Below, piece after piece: positions 18,930 to 27,188 of a stretch of DNA of 27,188 bases; within the stretch, counting starts at the first letter, position 1; the number at the start of each line of letters is the position of its first letter. The stretch comes from Limisphaerales bacterium (GTDB lineage Bacteria > Verrucomicrobiota > Verrucomicrobiia > Limisphaerales > JAJOIW01): contig CBFHOE010000005.1 of NCBI GenBank assembly GCA_965657355.1, forward strand, positions 314,964 through 342,151, written 5' to 3'. Made by a program: the position numbers and the translations under genes. The notes under the pieces are model-generated. The model made no database searches and was not told the origin of the DNA. It saw nothing but the letters and a program-made list of their open reading frames with translations.

Positions 18930-20168
18930 TTACTCCATTTTTTTAATAGCATCGGCAAAAGCTTTACCAATCTGAGCCATTGTTTTTCCGCTCCCGTAGT
19001 AGTGGAAAGCAGCATTCGACCGACCAGTTTTGACGTAAGCTTCATCCTCGGCGCTGATAAGGTCTGCTTTATAATTCGCAATAAATTTCTTTTGGGCTTT
19101 TTCGTCCATAGATCCATCTGCATTAGCATAACCTTTCGCCTTGTTTTTTAGAAACCCTGCCATCTGCTTCACTTTGTTTTGATTATCTTCATATTCTTTT
19201 AGCCTCATATCCCAGAATGGGGCTGTGCGAACAGCTATGACATTACCTTCAAAGTCTGGCTCATTGGCAGCTGCCGCCATGGCTTCACGAAAACCACCGT
19301 GGATCGGAACATACCTCTGGCTTAAATATTTGTCTAATGGCCCATTTACACCCATTACACCAATAACAAACTTCATATCAGGAGCTTTAAGATCTTTACG
19401 TACATCTCTGATAAAATGCTTCATACACTTAGTATACTGATTATAACCACCGGGTTGGCCTCGTTGTGGATAAGTCCCACTGTCCACCATGTCATTCCAT
19501 CCTTGAAACCATATAAAACCATCTAATTCATAGCCCTGCTTCGGATCATAGCCCGGGTATACACGCTTGATGTCGCCAAGTACACGCAAAACATGTTTCA
19601 ACATCAACTGGTAGTAATACCCAGTTGCTTCGACTTTGGATTTTCGGACTTCTTCAAGAGATTGACCACGTTTTTTGATATTTTCGATTTGCCTATCGTT
19701 GAAGACATATGGTCCAGCGGATGGTGAGCGAAAGTCTGTGTTTAACGACTTACCTCCCCAAGCCGTTTTAATGATTAAAACAGGTTCTCCTAGAGCCTTC
19801 TCCATAAATATTCCAAAGGTTAATTCAGGGCCAAATTTCTCACTAGGCTCAGTGGGATTAGAACGAGCACCGTATCCGGTGGTAAGCTGGCCGAAGCCCT
19901 CTCCCATACCGCTTCTACCACCGGTAAAATAGGAAATCCAAACCTGATCGCAGATACGAGGTTTCCCATTTTTATCTACCATCAATTCGCGGATTGGGGC
20001 AGTCGCTGGATCTTGAGCCATTGCATCAATAGTGCTCACTTTGGCATGCCCCTCCATGTTGGATTGTCCACAGAGAATATAGACCTTCAAAGGCGCAGCA
20101 GTTAAAAAACTGGAATATCCAAAAAATGAAAAAATAGATACCAGTAAAATTCGGAGTGTTCTTTTCAT
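18930..20168 (-). CDS. Sialate O-acetylesterase (SASA / CE6-like SGNH) domain protein, secreted
   Basis: LKVYILCGQSNMEG, FGPELTFG, IKTAWGGKSL, WFQGWND and FHYYG. The signal peptide begins at ATG 20168 (MKRTLRILL); the ORF track extends to 20267. Confidence 0.9.
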   Translation of the reverse strand: MKRTLRILLVSIFSFFGYSSFLTAAPLKVYILCGQSNMEGHAKVSTIDAMAQDPATAPIRELMVDKNGKPRICDQVWISYFTGGRSGMGEGFGQLTTGYGARSNPTEPSEKFGPELTFGIFMEKALGEPVLIIKTAWGGKSLNTDFRSPSAGPYVFNDRQIENIKKRGQSLEEVRKSKVEATGYYYQLMLKHVLRVLGDIKRVYPGYDPKQGYELDGFIWFQGWNDMVDSGTYPQRGQPGGYNQYTKCMKHFIRDVRKDLKAPDMKFVIGVMGVNGPLDKYLSQRYVPIHGGFREAMAAAANEPDFEGNVIAVRTAPFWDMRLKEYEDNQNKVKQMAGFLKNKAKGYANADGSMDEKAQKKFIANYKADLISAEDEAYVKTGRSNAAFHYYGSGKTMAQIGKAFADAIKKME

Positions 20169-20763
20169 ATAGCTAAAGATACGTTCTTTACACCGAAAGC
20201 CTACTAGATAGGAGTTGTTCAAGCGAGCCCGATTCCATTTTATGTAGCTAATGAGATGCGGCTTCAATCCACTAAAAGGGCTCGTTTATTTCTCTAAAGA
20301 TTCGAAACCTACATAACTGCTTTTCTAGCTAGGGCACTCCATAGATAGATTAGCTGATTTGAAACTTTAAAGCCTAGTGGAATTAATGGTATTTAGATGG
20401 AGATAAGATAGAAGTTATCAAGCCAAAAAATCCAGCTGATAAAAAATCTCCATCGATGGAAATTATATAAAGTGCGGAATGCCACAATCATTTTCCACAA
20501 ATAAAATGATCTAAGATTCAAATAATTATATGTGTTCAAGAAAGACCAAAGCCGCTTAAAACATACCTGTTTTTTTTGGTTCAAACGAATTCTTTCAGGT
20601 TCGTAAATATCTTTGGCCCCAGTGCGAGAATAATCAATTTAACAGCATCCCTGCTATCCTGGCATATCATTTGTGTTGATTTAGAACAATTTACACAATG
20701 GCCGACGCCTGAAAAACTGGTCCAAAACTAGTGAGAAGTTTTGAATAATCAAAAAGACTCACA

Positions 20764-21033
20764 ATGAAGCAAAAACGACATAAGCCAGAAGAAATCATTC
20801 GCCTGTTGCGCGAATGCGATAGCAGCGATCTCAACCAGGAGACCTTTTGCCGCCAGAAGCAAATCTCCATTGCCACTCTCCATCGATGGCGCAAGAAGTT
20901 TGGTCTCATGAGTGAAGCCTACGCCAAGCAGTTGAAGGCCCTGGAAAAGGAAAATGCGGAACTCAAGAAAATGTATGCCGAAGCCATGCTCGGAATAAAA
21001 GTTCTCAAGGAGACCATTGAAAAAAAGCTATAA
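20764..21033 (+). CDS. IS3-family transposase OrfA (HTH)
   Basis: MKQKRHKPEEII...CRQKQISIATLHRWRKKFG...LKALEKENAELKK; intact 89 aa. Confidence 0.92.
   Translation: MKQKRHKPEEIIRLLRECDSSDLNQETFCRQKQISIATLHRWRKKFGLMSEAYAKQLKALEKENAELKKMYAEAMLGIKVLKETIEKKL
21020..21027 (+). other. Programmed -1 ribosomal frameshift motif (A7G) at the orfA/orfB junction
   Basis: AAAAAAAG lies just before the orfA stop, and the -1 frame continues into OrfB-like sequence. Confidence 0.8.
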
Positions 21034-21933
21034 GCCCCGCTTAACGCCGCGATCTAGCCAAACAAGCTAAGAAGGAAATTCACTGCTCACGGCGACAAGT
21101 CTGTCGGTTCTTTGAACTGCACCGATCTACTTTTTGATATGAGGCACAATTCTCGTCCCCATATCGATGCAAGGTGTATCAAGCCATGTGAAGCTTAGCC
21201 TTGAGTATCCAGAATGGGGAGCCGATAAAATTGGACGACTGGTTCGAAAAGAAAGCCGACGAGTTAGCAACAATCGGGTCAGAGAGGTTCGCCGCCAAGA
21301 GGGGCTGATAGTGCCCCCTCCAAAGAAAAAGCAACGGCGTTTGTGGCTATCCACTGGCCGTCAGCCTCAAAAGGCATCCTATCCAGGACATTTGTGGACA
21401 TGGGATTTCATTCATGACTGGACGGTGAAGGGCGGTAGCTACCGAATCCTGAGTATTGTGGATGAATATACGCGTCAGGCTTACTGCCTGCATGTCGACC
21501 GACACATTGGAGCGAGCAAAGTCAAAGCCATGATGACTCAACTCATCGGCAAGTATGGTGCACCTGGCTATATAAGATCAGACAACGGGCCAGAGTTCAT
21601 TGGGCGGACTTTGAGCCAGTAGCTCAAGGAGCAGGAAATTAAGAGGCTCTGCGCCCTTGGCAAAACGGGTATGTTGAAAGTTTTCATGACAAGTTCCGCA
21701 GGGAGTGCCTAGGGCGGGAGATATTCTACACCCTCAGTGAATGCCATGTTGTGGTGAATGATTGGAAGCGAAAGTATAACCACTTGAGGTCACACAGAAG
21801 TCTCGGGATGAAGACCCAAAAGAGTGTGCCAATCAACTACAACAAGAACGAAAGATTCATCCTACGTTACTGCCCACGGCCTCCACTGCGGAAGAATCTT
21901 GAACCACCGCCCCACCGTGATATTATCCCTTAA
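21030..21933 (+). pseudogene. IS3-family transposase OrfB (DDE/rve), disrupted
   Basis: WTWDFIHD, IRSDNGPEF and PWQNGYVESF are split across frames. In-frame stops at 21042, 21135 and 21620; frameshifts near 21187, 21650 and probably 21816. Confidence 0.9.
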
Positions 21934-22478
21934 TCTTCTCACTCAACCTGGGCCAAAAAATCGATGGCCGACATCTCAAAGTTTTTGGGTAAATGGACAT
22001 CAAGTGGCATCGATGCCAATCTTCTATCGCCGTGCTGATACAACAGCAGGTTATTTTTGTAAATAGCAAGGCCAATTGCCCACAAAAGCAGGGAGTCTTT
22101 ATAAATTGGAGCAAAACCCGTGTGCCCACTTCCTGCTAGGAAAAAGGTCAGACCCGCATCTTATGACCAAGCGTAGACTGAATTTGCCTGAATATCAGAA
22201 AAAAGGATTTGCCTGTTCTTTGAATCCCATACGCGCCCTTCAGCAATGCCGAATCATCTAGCCAGAATTTCATTGGTCACTTTTGATGGCAGTAACTTTT
22301 TGGTTTTCGCGTCTGTTGATACGAAGGTGACCCGCTGCGTAGTTCGCTCTGCACCTGTTAGGCATTGAACGGTTGTGACACCGACGCTAATAATTGCAAG
22401 CAGCCGGCTTAAGTTTTTAGCTATTATATTTGAAGTGGTATTTTGCGTGGTCTCAGTGGTTTGATTGGTTGAACAGAA

Positions 22479-23216
22479 TCACTTCCAGGGTTTCCATCGT
22501 ATAGAACCAATCTCGAGGCCTAAGTCCTCAACCAAACCATAAAAACTCTCTCCCAGAGGACTTTCCATAAATTCTTTCATCTCGTAGCTGGGACCTTTTG
22601 TGACACGGGAAAAACCGTCGTTTACTGTCCAGATCGATATTTGGTCAATGTCTCCAGAGATTGCTCGAAAAACGACCGGCTTCTCACCACTCATCTGAAC
22701 AACCTCATCCATGAGTTTAAAAGCATTTTCATTTGATGCATGTTTGAATTTTGTGAAATAGGCGTATACAGGGGTATGTTTGCCATTCAAGTTATAATAG
22801 CGAGCTGTGAGCTGTGGCAAATCTCCAACAATGGTGAAAAGTTGCGTTTTGGAATCTACAATGAGGTTTTGGAATTCCTCGTCTAATGCGGCTCTCTTGG
22901 ATTCACCCAAGCGCTTGTTTGCGCTTTCCATCCATTTCAAGGAAACCGAATCAGTATGGTTGAGTTTATCAAACCCTTCGGTGCGATGAAAAAGTACCAC
23001 ATGATCCCAATACCCAGTGGTCAACTCGATGGGCACAGCTAGCCTTTGAACAGCTTGATCAGTTGGAAACCATGAGGATTTTACGATTTCTTGGAATCTG
23101 GCAATTTTGCCAGGCTTGACCTTTGAAAAATAGGCTTCGAAAACCTTCGGCCCTGCAGCATGATGTTGGTCTCCCAAAAGGCTCGACGAGAGTGATAATG
23201 AGAAAACAAAAAGCAT
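22479..23216 (-). CDS. Hypothetical secreted protein with internal duplication (dimeric alpha-beta barrel / NIPSNAP-like)
   Basis: 245-aa ORF with a hydrophobic N-terminus and two similar halves. The original start may be ATG 23234, upstream of an in-frame TAG. Confidence 0.75.
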   Translation of the reverse strand: MLFVFSLSLSSSLLGDQHHAAGPKVFEAYFSKVKPGKIARFQEIVKSSWFPTDQAVQRLAVPIELTTGYWDHVVLFHRTEGFDKLNHTDSVSLKWMESANKRLGESKRAALDEEFQNLIVDSKTQLFTIVGDLPQLTARYYNLNGKHTPVYAYFTKFKHASNENAFKLMDEVVQMSGEKPVVFRAISGDIDQISIWTVNDGFSRVTKGPSYEMKEFMESPLGESFYGLVEDLGLEIGSIRWKPWK

Positions 23217-23509
23217 TAACTACATAAGTTTCATAATAGTCCCAAACTTAGTTGAGCTACTCAAACTGAGCAAGATTTTTTGTCAGTCTGATTGAATTCA
23301 TTACTTGTTTAATTTTATACAACAATTCAATGCTGGCCATTAGATAAGGCGTGGAAATTAATCGGAACGCTCGAGTGATTCTCCCATTATTCTGCTGATT
23401 GATTTATTGGCTGATTTACACCCATCGTCATGTCCTCACTGGGGAGTAACTCTTTTTGCTGTGAGCGATCAAACGTTCCATTAAAGTGTTAATGTAGAAT
23501 TTTCAGTGT

Positions 23510-23565
23510 CTCCCGGTTTTATGATCACCACCCATTGTTTTTAGTAGTGATCATAAAACCGGGAG
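23510..23565. repeat. Perfect 19-bp inverted repeat (stem-loop)
   Basis: CTCCCGGTTTTATGATCAC (23510-23528), 18-nt loop, GTGATCATAAAACCGGGAG (23547-23565). Confidence 0.9.
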
Positions 23566-23599
23566 GGCGAATCAAATTTAATTCTCTTAATATGAGGGA

Positions 23600-24790
23600 T
23601 CAAAATTTTAACTTAATTTTTTTTATTGCTGAGACATTGTCAAATAGATCAGAGATAAGAAATTCAAGTGTATAATGCTCGTCTTTTTTACCAACCTCTT
23701 CTAGGTGAATCACTTGTTGTCTTATGTGTGGATCTATTTTTTTAAGGGAGAAAATCGAATTCATTTTATTGTCTAGCAACTTGATTTGATATGTAAATTG
23801 AGGCAATGCAGAATCATTTATTTTCCAATGGAGGCGTAATTTCCCGTCCTTGAGAATTTCGTGGTGAAGTGCCAGAATTTCCCCGGACCGGTAGTTTGGT
23901 TTCGAACCATCGATCGGGATGCTAAATCGTGAGGACAACTTATTAGGATAGGCAAGTGGTTTTGTAGGTGAAGCGTCTCCACCTATCTCCATAAAATAGA
24001 ATTCACCTCCTTTGTCTTTGCGAATGCCTGCATTCCAATTGGTCCTGTACTCATAAGATCTTTTCCCCTTATCCAGATCCCAGAAATTTACTGAAAACCT
24101 TCCACCTTGAGCCGGAAACCACACACCTGTATTTGATCGCCTCCAATTATTGCGAATATGTATTTTTCTTATGAGCGCCCCGGTTCCTTCCCAGTCCTCA
24201 ATAAAAGTATCATTGGGACCCGTCATTAAAATATTGGCTTCTCTTACCCCTATAGTAGAAAGATGTCTCCAGACACCGTCACCTCCATCTCTAGCAAAAA
24301 AGGCATACATGGTGTGCCCTCCTTCGGGCCAACACCGAACAACATGGGTATGCCATACGTCGGGCTTCCAATAAAGAGGATCGGATTTATCACTCGTGAG
24401 TTTCCAAGTTTTTAATCCCACGCCTTCACCCCCAAAATGTTCAGCTTTCATTCCGTGCCCTAAATGCACGACATATGGGAAATTGGCCTTGTCCTTTGGA
24501 TTATCAACAGAGTGCCAGATTGAAAAGATATGGACGCGATTACCTCGCTGGTCTTTGCTTTCCTGGATCCCTCCGTACCCATTACCTGTATTATTTCCTT
24601 TGTTACCTCTGAAACCTAGAGTCTCATAGTAGGTAGATGGGGCAATACCATCACTTGGCACTCTAACTTCACTAACCTGGATATCACCGGCAACATTTCT
24701 ACCAAAGTTAAAATGTGAAGAAGGGGCCGCTTGTCTGGCTTGAGATAAGTACACGCACCCCCAAATCAGAACCATTAATGAATACTTCAT
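23600..24790 (-). CDS. Secreted DUF3472-like domain protein
   Basis: Signal peptide; GYGGIQ, IFSIW, FGGEGVG, WRHLSTI and FIEDW motifs; Fn3-like C-terminus. Confidence 0.78.
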   Translation of the reverse strand: MKYSLMVLIWGCVYLSQARQAAPSSHFNFGRNVAGDIQVSEVRVPSDGIAPSTYYETLGFRGNKGNNTGNGYGGIQESKDQRGNRVHIFSIWHSVDNPKDKANFPYVVHLGHGMKAEHFGGEGVGLKTWKLTSDKSDPLYWKPDVWHTHVVRCWPEGGHTMYAFFARDGGDGVWRHLSTIGVREANILMTGPNDTFIEDWEGTGALIRKIHIRNNWRRSNTGVWFPAQGGRFSVNFWDLDKGKRSYEYRTNWNAGIRKDKGGEFYFMEIGGDASPTKPLAYPNKLSSRFSIPIDGSKPNYRSGEILALHHEILKDGKLRLHWKINDSALPQFTYQIKLLDNKMNSIFSLKKIDPHIRQQVIHLEEVGKKDEHYTLEFLISDLFDNVSAIKKIKLKF

Positions 24791-25017
24791 ACCTTGAGGT
24801 AATCACGAATCAAAGCCCTACTCAATCGTGTATTCTAGTTACCTAAATATGACTGCGGTGCCGTCGGTATTCTGGTTATTTCAAATCGAAGTTAAACCCA
24901 AGATTTTCCATCATTTTGAAAAGATTTAAACACCTTGTCTTTTTCTGCGAAATTCGTTTGCTGGAATTTTGTCAGAATAGAAATAAGGAGGACTAATTGG
25001 GCTGTTTTAGAGCTCCT

Positions 25018-26409
25018 TTAGGGGGTCTGTCTCAGGGAGGAAAATACATCACCCGTTGGTTCTGCCGGTAGAGTATCTTTCCATTCCTTAATCAGTTCCG
25101 ATAGCTTTTGGACGATTTTAGGATTTTTTCGAGCCAAATTGGTGGATTCCTCAACATCTGTTGCGATGTCAAAAAGTTCAAAATGATTAAGTTGAAAATT
25201 AGAAACAAGTTTCCAATTTTCATGAACGACAGCCCATGAGACCCAGTGATCTGGCTTGGCTGGCTTGGCTGGCCAGGGAGAACTGAATTTCCAATAAAGT
25301 GGTTTACGACGACGTTCCATTTTTTTACCGAGGAGGACATCGCTGATGCTGATACCATCTGGCTTATAATAATCAGGTAGCTTGACACCTGCTATTTCAC
25401 AAAATGTAGGGAGGATATCAACTGCTGAAATCAGAGAAGTTTTATCAACTTTCCCAGCACCTATTTTGCCTACCCACCTGGCAATGAAAGGAGTTCCAAT
25501 GCCTCCCTCAAAGAGAGATGATTTATATCCTCTGCGGCCACCTGTTATTCCTTTTGATGCTCCTATTCCCCACCCAGCCCCAGTGGCTGTATCGTATTGC
25601 AATTCAATCTTAGATTGCCCAGGGGCTCGCGCCGGCCCATTATCAGAGGTGAAAACGACAAGAGTCTGATCAGAAAGTTGCAACCTGTCTAATGTAGCTA
25701 ACAAATCTCCAACCCTATCATCAGCGTGTGAGAGGACAGAGGCATATATCTGATCAGCACGATCAAGATGACGAAACCGCCATTCATATTTTGGCAAAGT
25801 GTGAAATGGAGTATGAGGCTCGTGAAGCCAGACATTTATAAAGAATGGCTTCTGAAGTTTAACACTTTCCTCAATAAATAAGGACGCCCTTTTAGCGTCC
25901 TCATAATATGGCATTTGCTCCCCAGAACAATTAAAAGCTCCATACTCGTCAAAACCATAAGCTGAGGGCTTTGGGGAATCTGGAATCATATCATTGGCTA
26001 AATGCCATTTTCCAAAATGTGCAGTCCTGTAACCTGCTTTTTTCAAAAACCTGGTAAGTAAAGGGGCTTTGGGATCCAACCAATCAGGCATTCCTCTGCG
26101 TGCGTTGCTAGGAACCCAGGCAAAGTGCCCATCTATATTGTAACGTGCCGGAAACTGCCCTGTTATCAATGCTGTGCGGCTTGGGGAACATACGCCGCTG
26201 GCCACGGTAAATCTGGAAAAATCAGTTCCTTCTTCTGCCAAACGATCGATGTTTGGAGTCTTTACATATGGATGCCCGTGACAACTCAAATCTCCCCAAC
26301 CCCAGTCATCCGCCAAAATAAAAAGAATATTCGGCCGCTCCGCGTGAACTGAGCATTGGACCATGATAATTATCAGAAAATTTAAAAACAGGGCCTTCAT
26401 GAACAACAT
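25018..26409 (-). CDS. Formylglycine-dependent sulfatase (arylsulfatase-like)
   Basis: RPNILFILADDWGWGD, CSPSRTALITG, FGKWHL, EPHTP, FTSDNGP and GYKSSLFEGG; signal peptide. The start may be ATG 26400. Confidence 0.95.
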   Translation of the reverse strand: MLFMKALFLNFLIIIMVQCSVHAERPNILFILADDWGWGDLSCHGHPYVKTPNIDRLAEEGTDFSRFTVASGVCSPSRTALITGQFPARYNIDGHFAWVPSNARRGMPDWLDPKAPLLTRFLKKAGYRTAHFGKWHLANDMIPDSPKPSAYGFDEYGAFNCSGEQMPYYEDAKRASLFIEESVKLQKPFFINVWLHEPHTPFHTLPKYEWRFRHLDRADQIYASVLSHADDRVGDLLATLDRLQLSDQTLVVFTSDNGPARAPGQSKIELQYDTATGAGWGIGASKGITGGRRGYKSSLFEGGIGTPFIARWVGKIGAGKVDKTSLISAVDILPTFCEIAGVKLPDYYKPDGISISDVLLGKKMERRRKPLYWKFSSPWPAKPAKPDHWVSWAVVHENWKLVSNFQLNHFELFDIATDVEESTNLARKNPKIVQKLSELIKEWKDTLPAEPTGDVFSSLRQTP

Positions 26410-26538
26410 ATTAATCTGCTCGTATTAAAAAATGAAGAAAAGACCAGAAGCGATAGCAATTACATCTGATTACTTCATTACCGAATGAGCTTCTTAGCAG
26501 AGTCACCATGAGATACCTTAGCCCGCACGAACCAATCC

Positions 26539-26748
26539 TCAGCTTATAAATATTTCGAAGATAAATCCAAACACCTTGGGAAAGGAGCATCCCATTGCAA
26601 ATCCGAATACCGTACTCGCACCAATAATAATGAGCAAACCAGACGGCCCATCCAATGGGAGGGATTCAAAAGCAACAAAGAGAGTTATGGGTATGATGAC
26701 TCCAAACAAAATGGCACCGAATAAACCAGCTAGTAGTCGTTTTATCAT
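26539..26748 (-). CDS. Small two-TM membrane protein, hypothetical
   Basis: 69 aa, ATG start, two Gly-rich hydrophobic helices, co-oriented with its neighbours. Confidence 0.7.
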   Translation of the reverse strand: MIKRLLAGLFGAILFGVIIPITLFVAFESLPLDGPSGLLIIIGASTVFGFAMGCSFPKVFGFIFEIFIS

Positions 26749-26876
26749 AATTAGAATTTATCGAAGCGAAATTGGGATACTAATAGATATAAATGCATGA
26801 GATGAGGGATAAGCCTTGGAACTGTCTAATAAATTATATCTGCAACATGAATAAACAAATCAAAACCGACCAGAAA

Positions 26877-27188
26877 TCATTGCTCAATCAATAGTTCAAG
26901 GCCTGTTTCTAATTTGGAAAAGACCATATGGGTTTTATCCTTTTGGGGGAAAAGATATAACCTGATCTCTTTGCCGCCAATTGGCATTGGCCTACTCACT
27001 TCAAGATTATCGTTTGCAATTTTAAAGAACTTATTGCCCTCAAATTTCCACTTACTGACAAAGTAATGATGGCTCTTATCACTCCCATGGTAAAAATATC
27101 CAACAAATGTTGGGGATGAATTCACGACAAAGGCACCATTAATTTTGGCTTTGGGCAATGGAGTGTATCTATCAGAACAGCCTGCCAG
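26877..27188 (-). CDS. Hypothetical lipoprotein, 5' end beyond the window edge
   Basis: The frame is open to the window end and reads LAGCSDRYTPLPKAK. LAGC is a canonical lipobox. Confidence 0.75.
   Translation of the reverse strand: MAGCSDRYTPLPKAKINGAFVVNSSPTFVGYFYHGSDKSHHYFVSKWKFEGNKFFKIANDNLEVSRPMPIGGKEIRLYLFPQKDKTHMVFSKLETGLELLIEQ

Larger units (their letters stand above)
20699..21973 (+). mobile_element. IS3-family insertion sequence (IS407-like), 1275 bp, decayed
   Basis: Ends are 5'-TG...CA-3' with imperfect 38-39 bp terminal IRs (left TGGCCGAC...TGGTCCA...AGTGAGAA; right reverse complement TGTCGGCC...TGGCCCA...AGTGAGAA). It has orfA/orfB organisation and is more GC-rich than its flanks. 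No target duplication seen. Confidence 0.9.

Noticed and set aside
20393..20584. 63-aa minus-strand ORF left of the IS
   Set aside because: TTG start, AT-rich and no motif; likely spurious.
21042..21622. In-frame stops as possible recoding or an alternative genetic code
   Set aside because: All three stop types occur together with frameshifts, which indicates pseudogenisation.
21824..22261. Short ORFs spanning or following the IS right end
   Set aside because: They cross the IS boundary or lack coding character, and no interrupted gene could be reconstructed across the IS.
1105..26352. Numerous 60-136 aa ORFs antisense to or nested within long genes (for example 13221-13631, 14689-15012, 25382-25669)
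   Set aside because: Shadow ORFs of well-supported genes with no recognisable motifs.
26410..27188. Small orphan genes as a possible integron cassette array
   Set aside because: No RYYYAAC...GTTRRRY hairpins after their stop codons.
1..27188. CRISPR array, tRNA, rRNA, riboswitch or defence system
   Set aside because: No spaced direct repeats, cloverleaf or recognisable motifs seen by eye. An Infernal/Rfam scan of the intergenic gaps would be needed to exclude structured RNAs.

Overview
AT-rich (roughly 40% GC by eye, not computed) bacterial chromosomal window. The gene content points to the PVC superphylum, probably a marine Verrucomicrobiota or Planctomycetota (inference). It holds about 18 protein genes, mostly secreted and on the minus strand. 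These are a fused double amidohydrolase, a tandem zinc-finger protein, a TPR-like protein with an RTX/FrpC self-processing-module-like domain, a GreA/GreB-like factor, a PVC-type NPCBM/beta-propeller/HEAT/cytochrome c protein, a YkgJ Cys-cluster protein, a VHL-beta + HExxH metallopeptidase-like protein, an alpha/beta esterase, an atypical PhoD, a GNAT, two sulfatases, a DoxX-like protein, a SASA/CE6-like esterase, a DUF3472-like protein and several hypotheticals. There is one full-length but decayed IS3-family element (20699-21973) and three clear inverted repeats. I saw no rRNA, tRNA or CRISPR array. I cannot demonstrate a wholly new system. The best leads are the Thr-Pro variant of a self-processing module, the pseudo-enzyme/enzyme amidohydrolase divergent from a duplicated Zn-finger across a 13-bp inverted repeat, and a co-oriented hydrolase cluster with non-canonical active-site motifs. 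All family assignments are motif recognition by eye, with no database searches.
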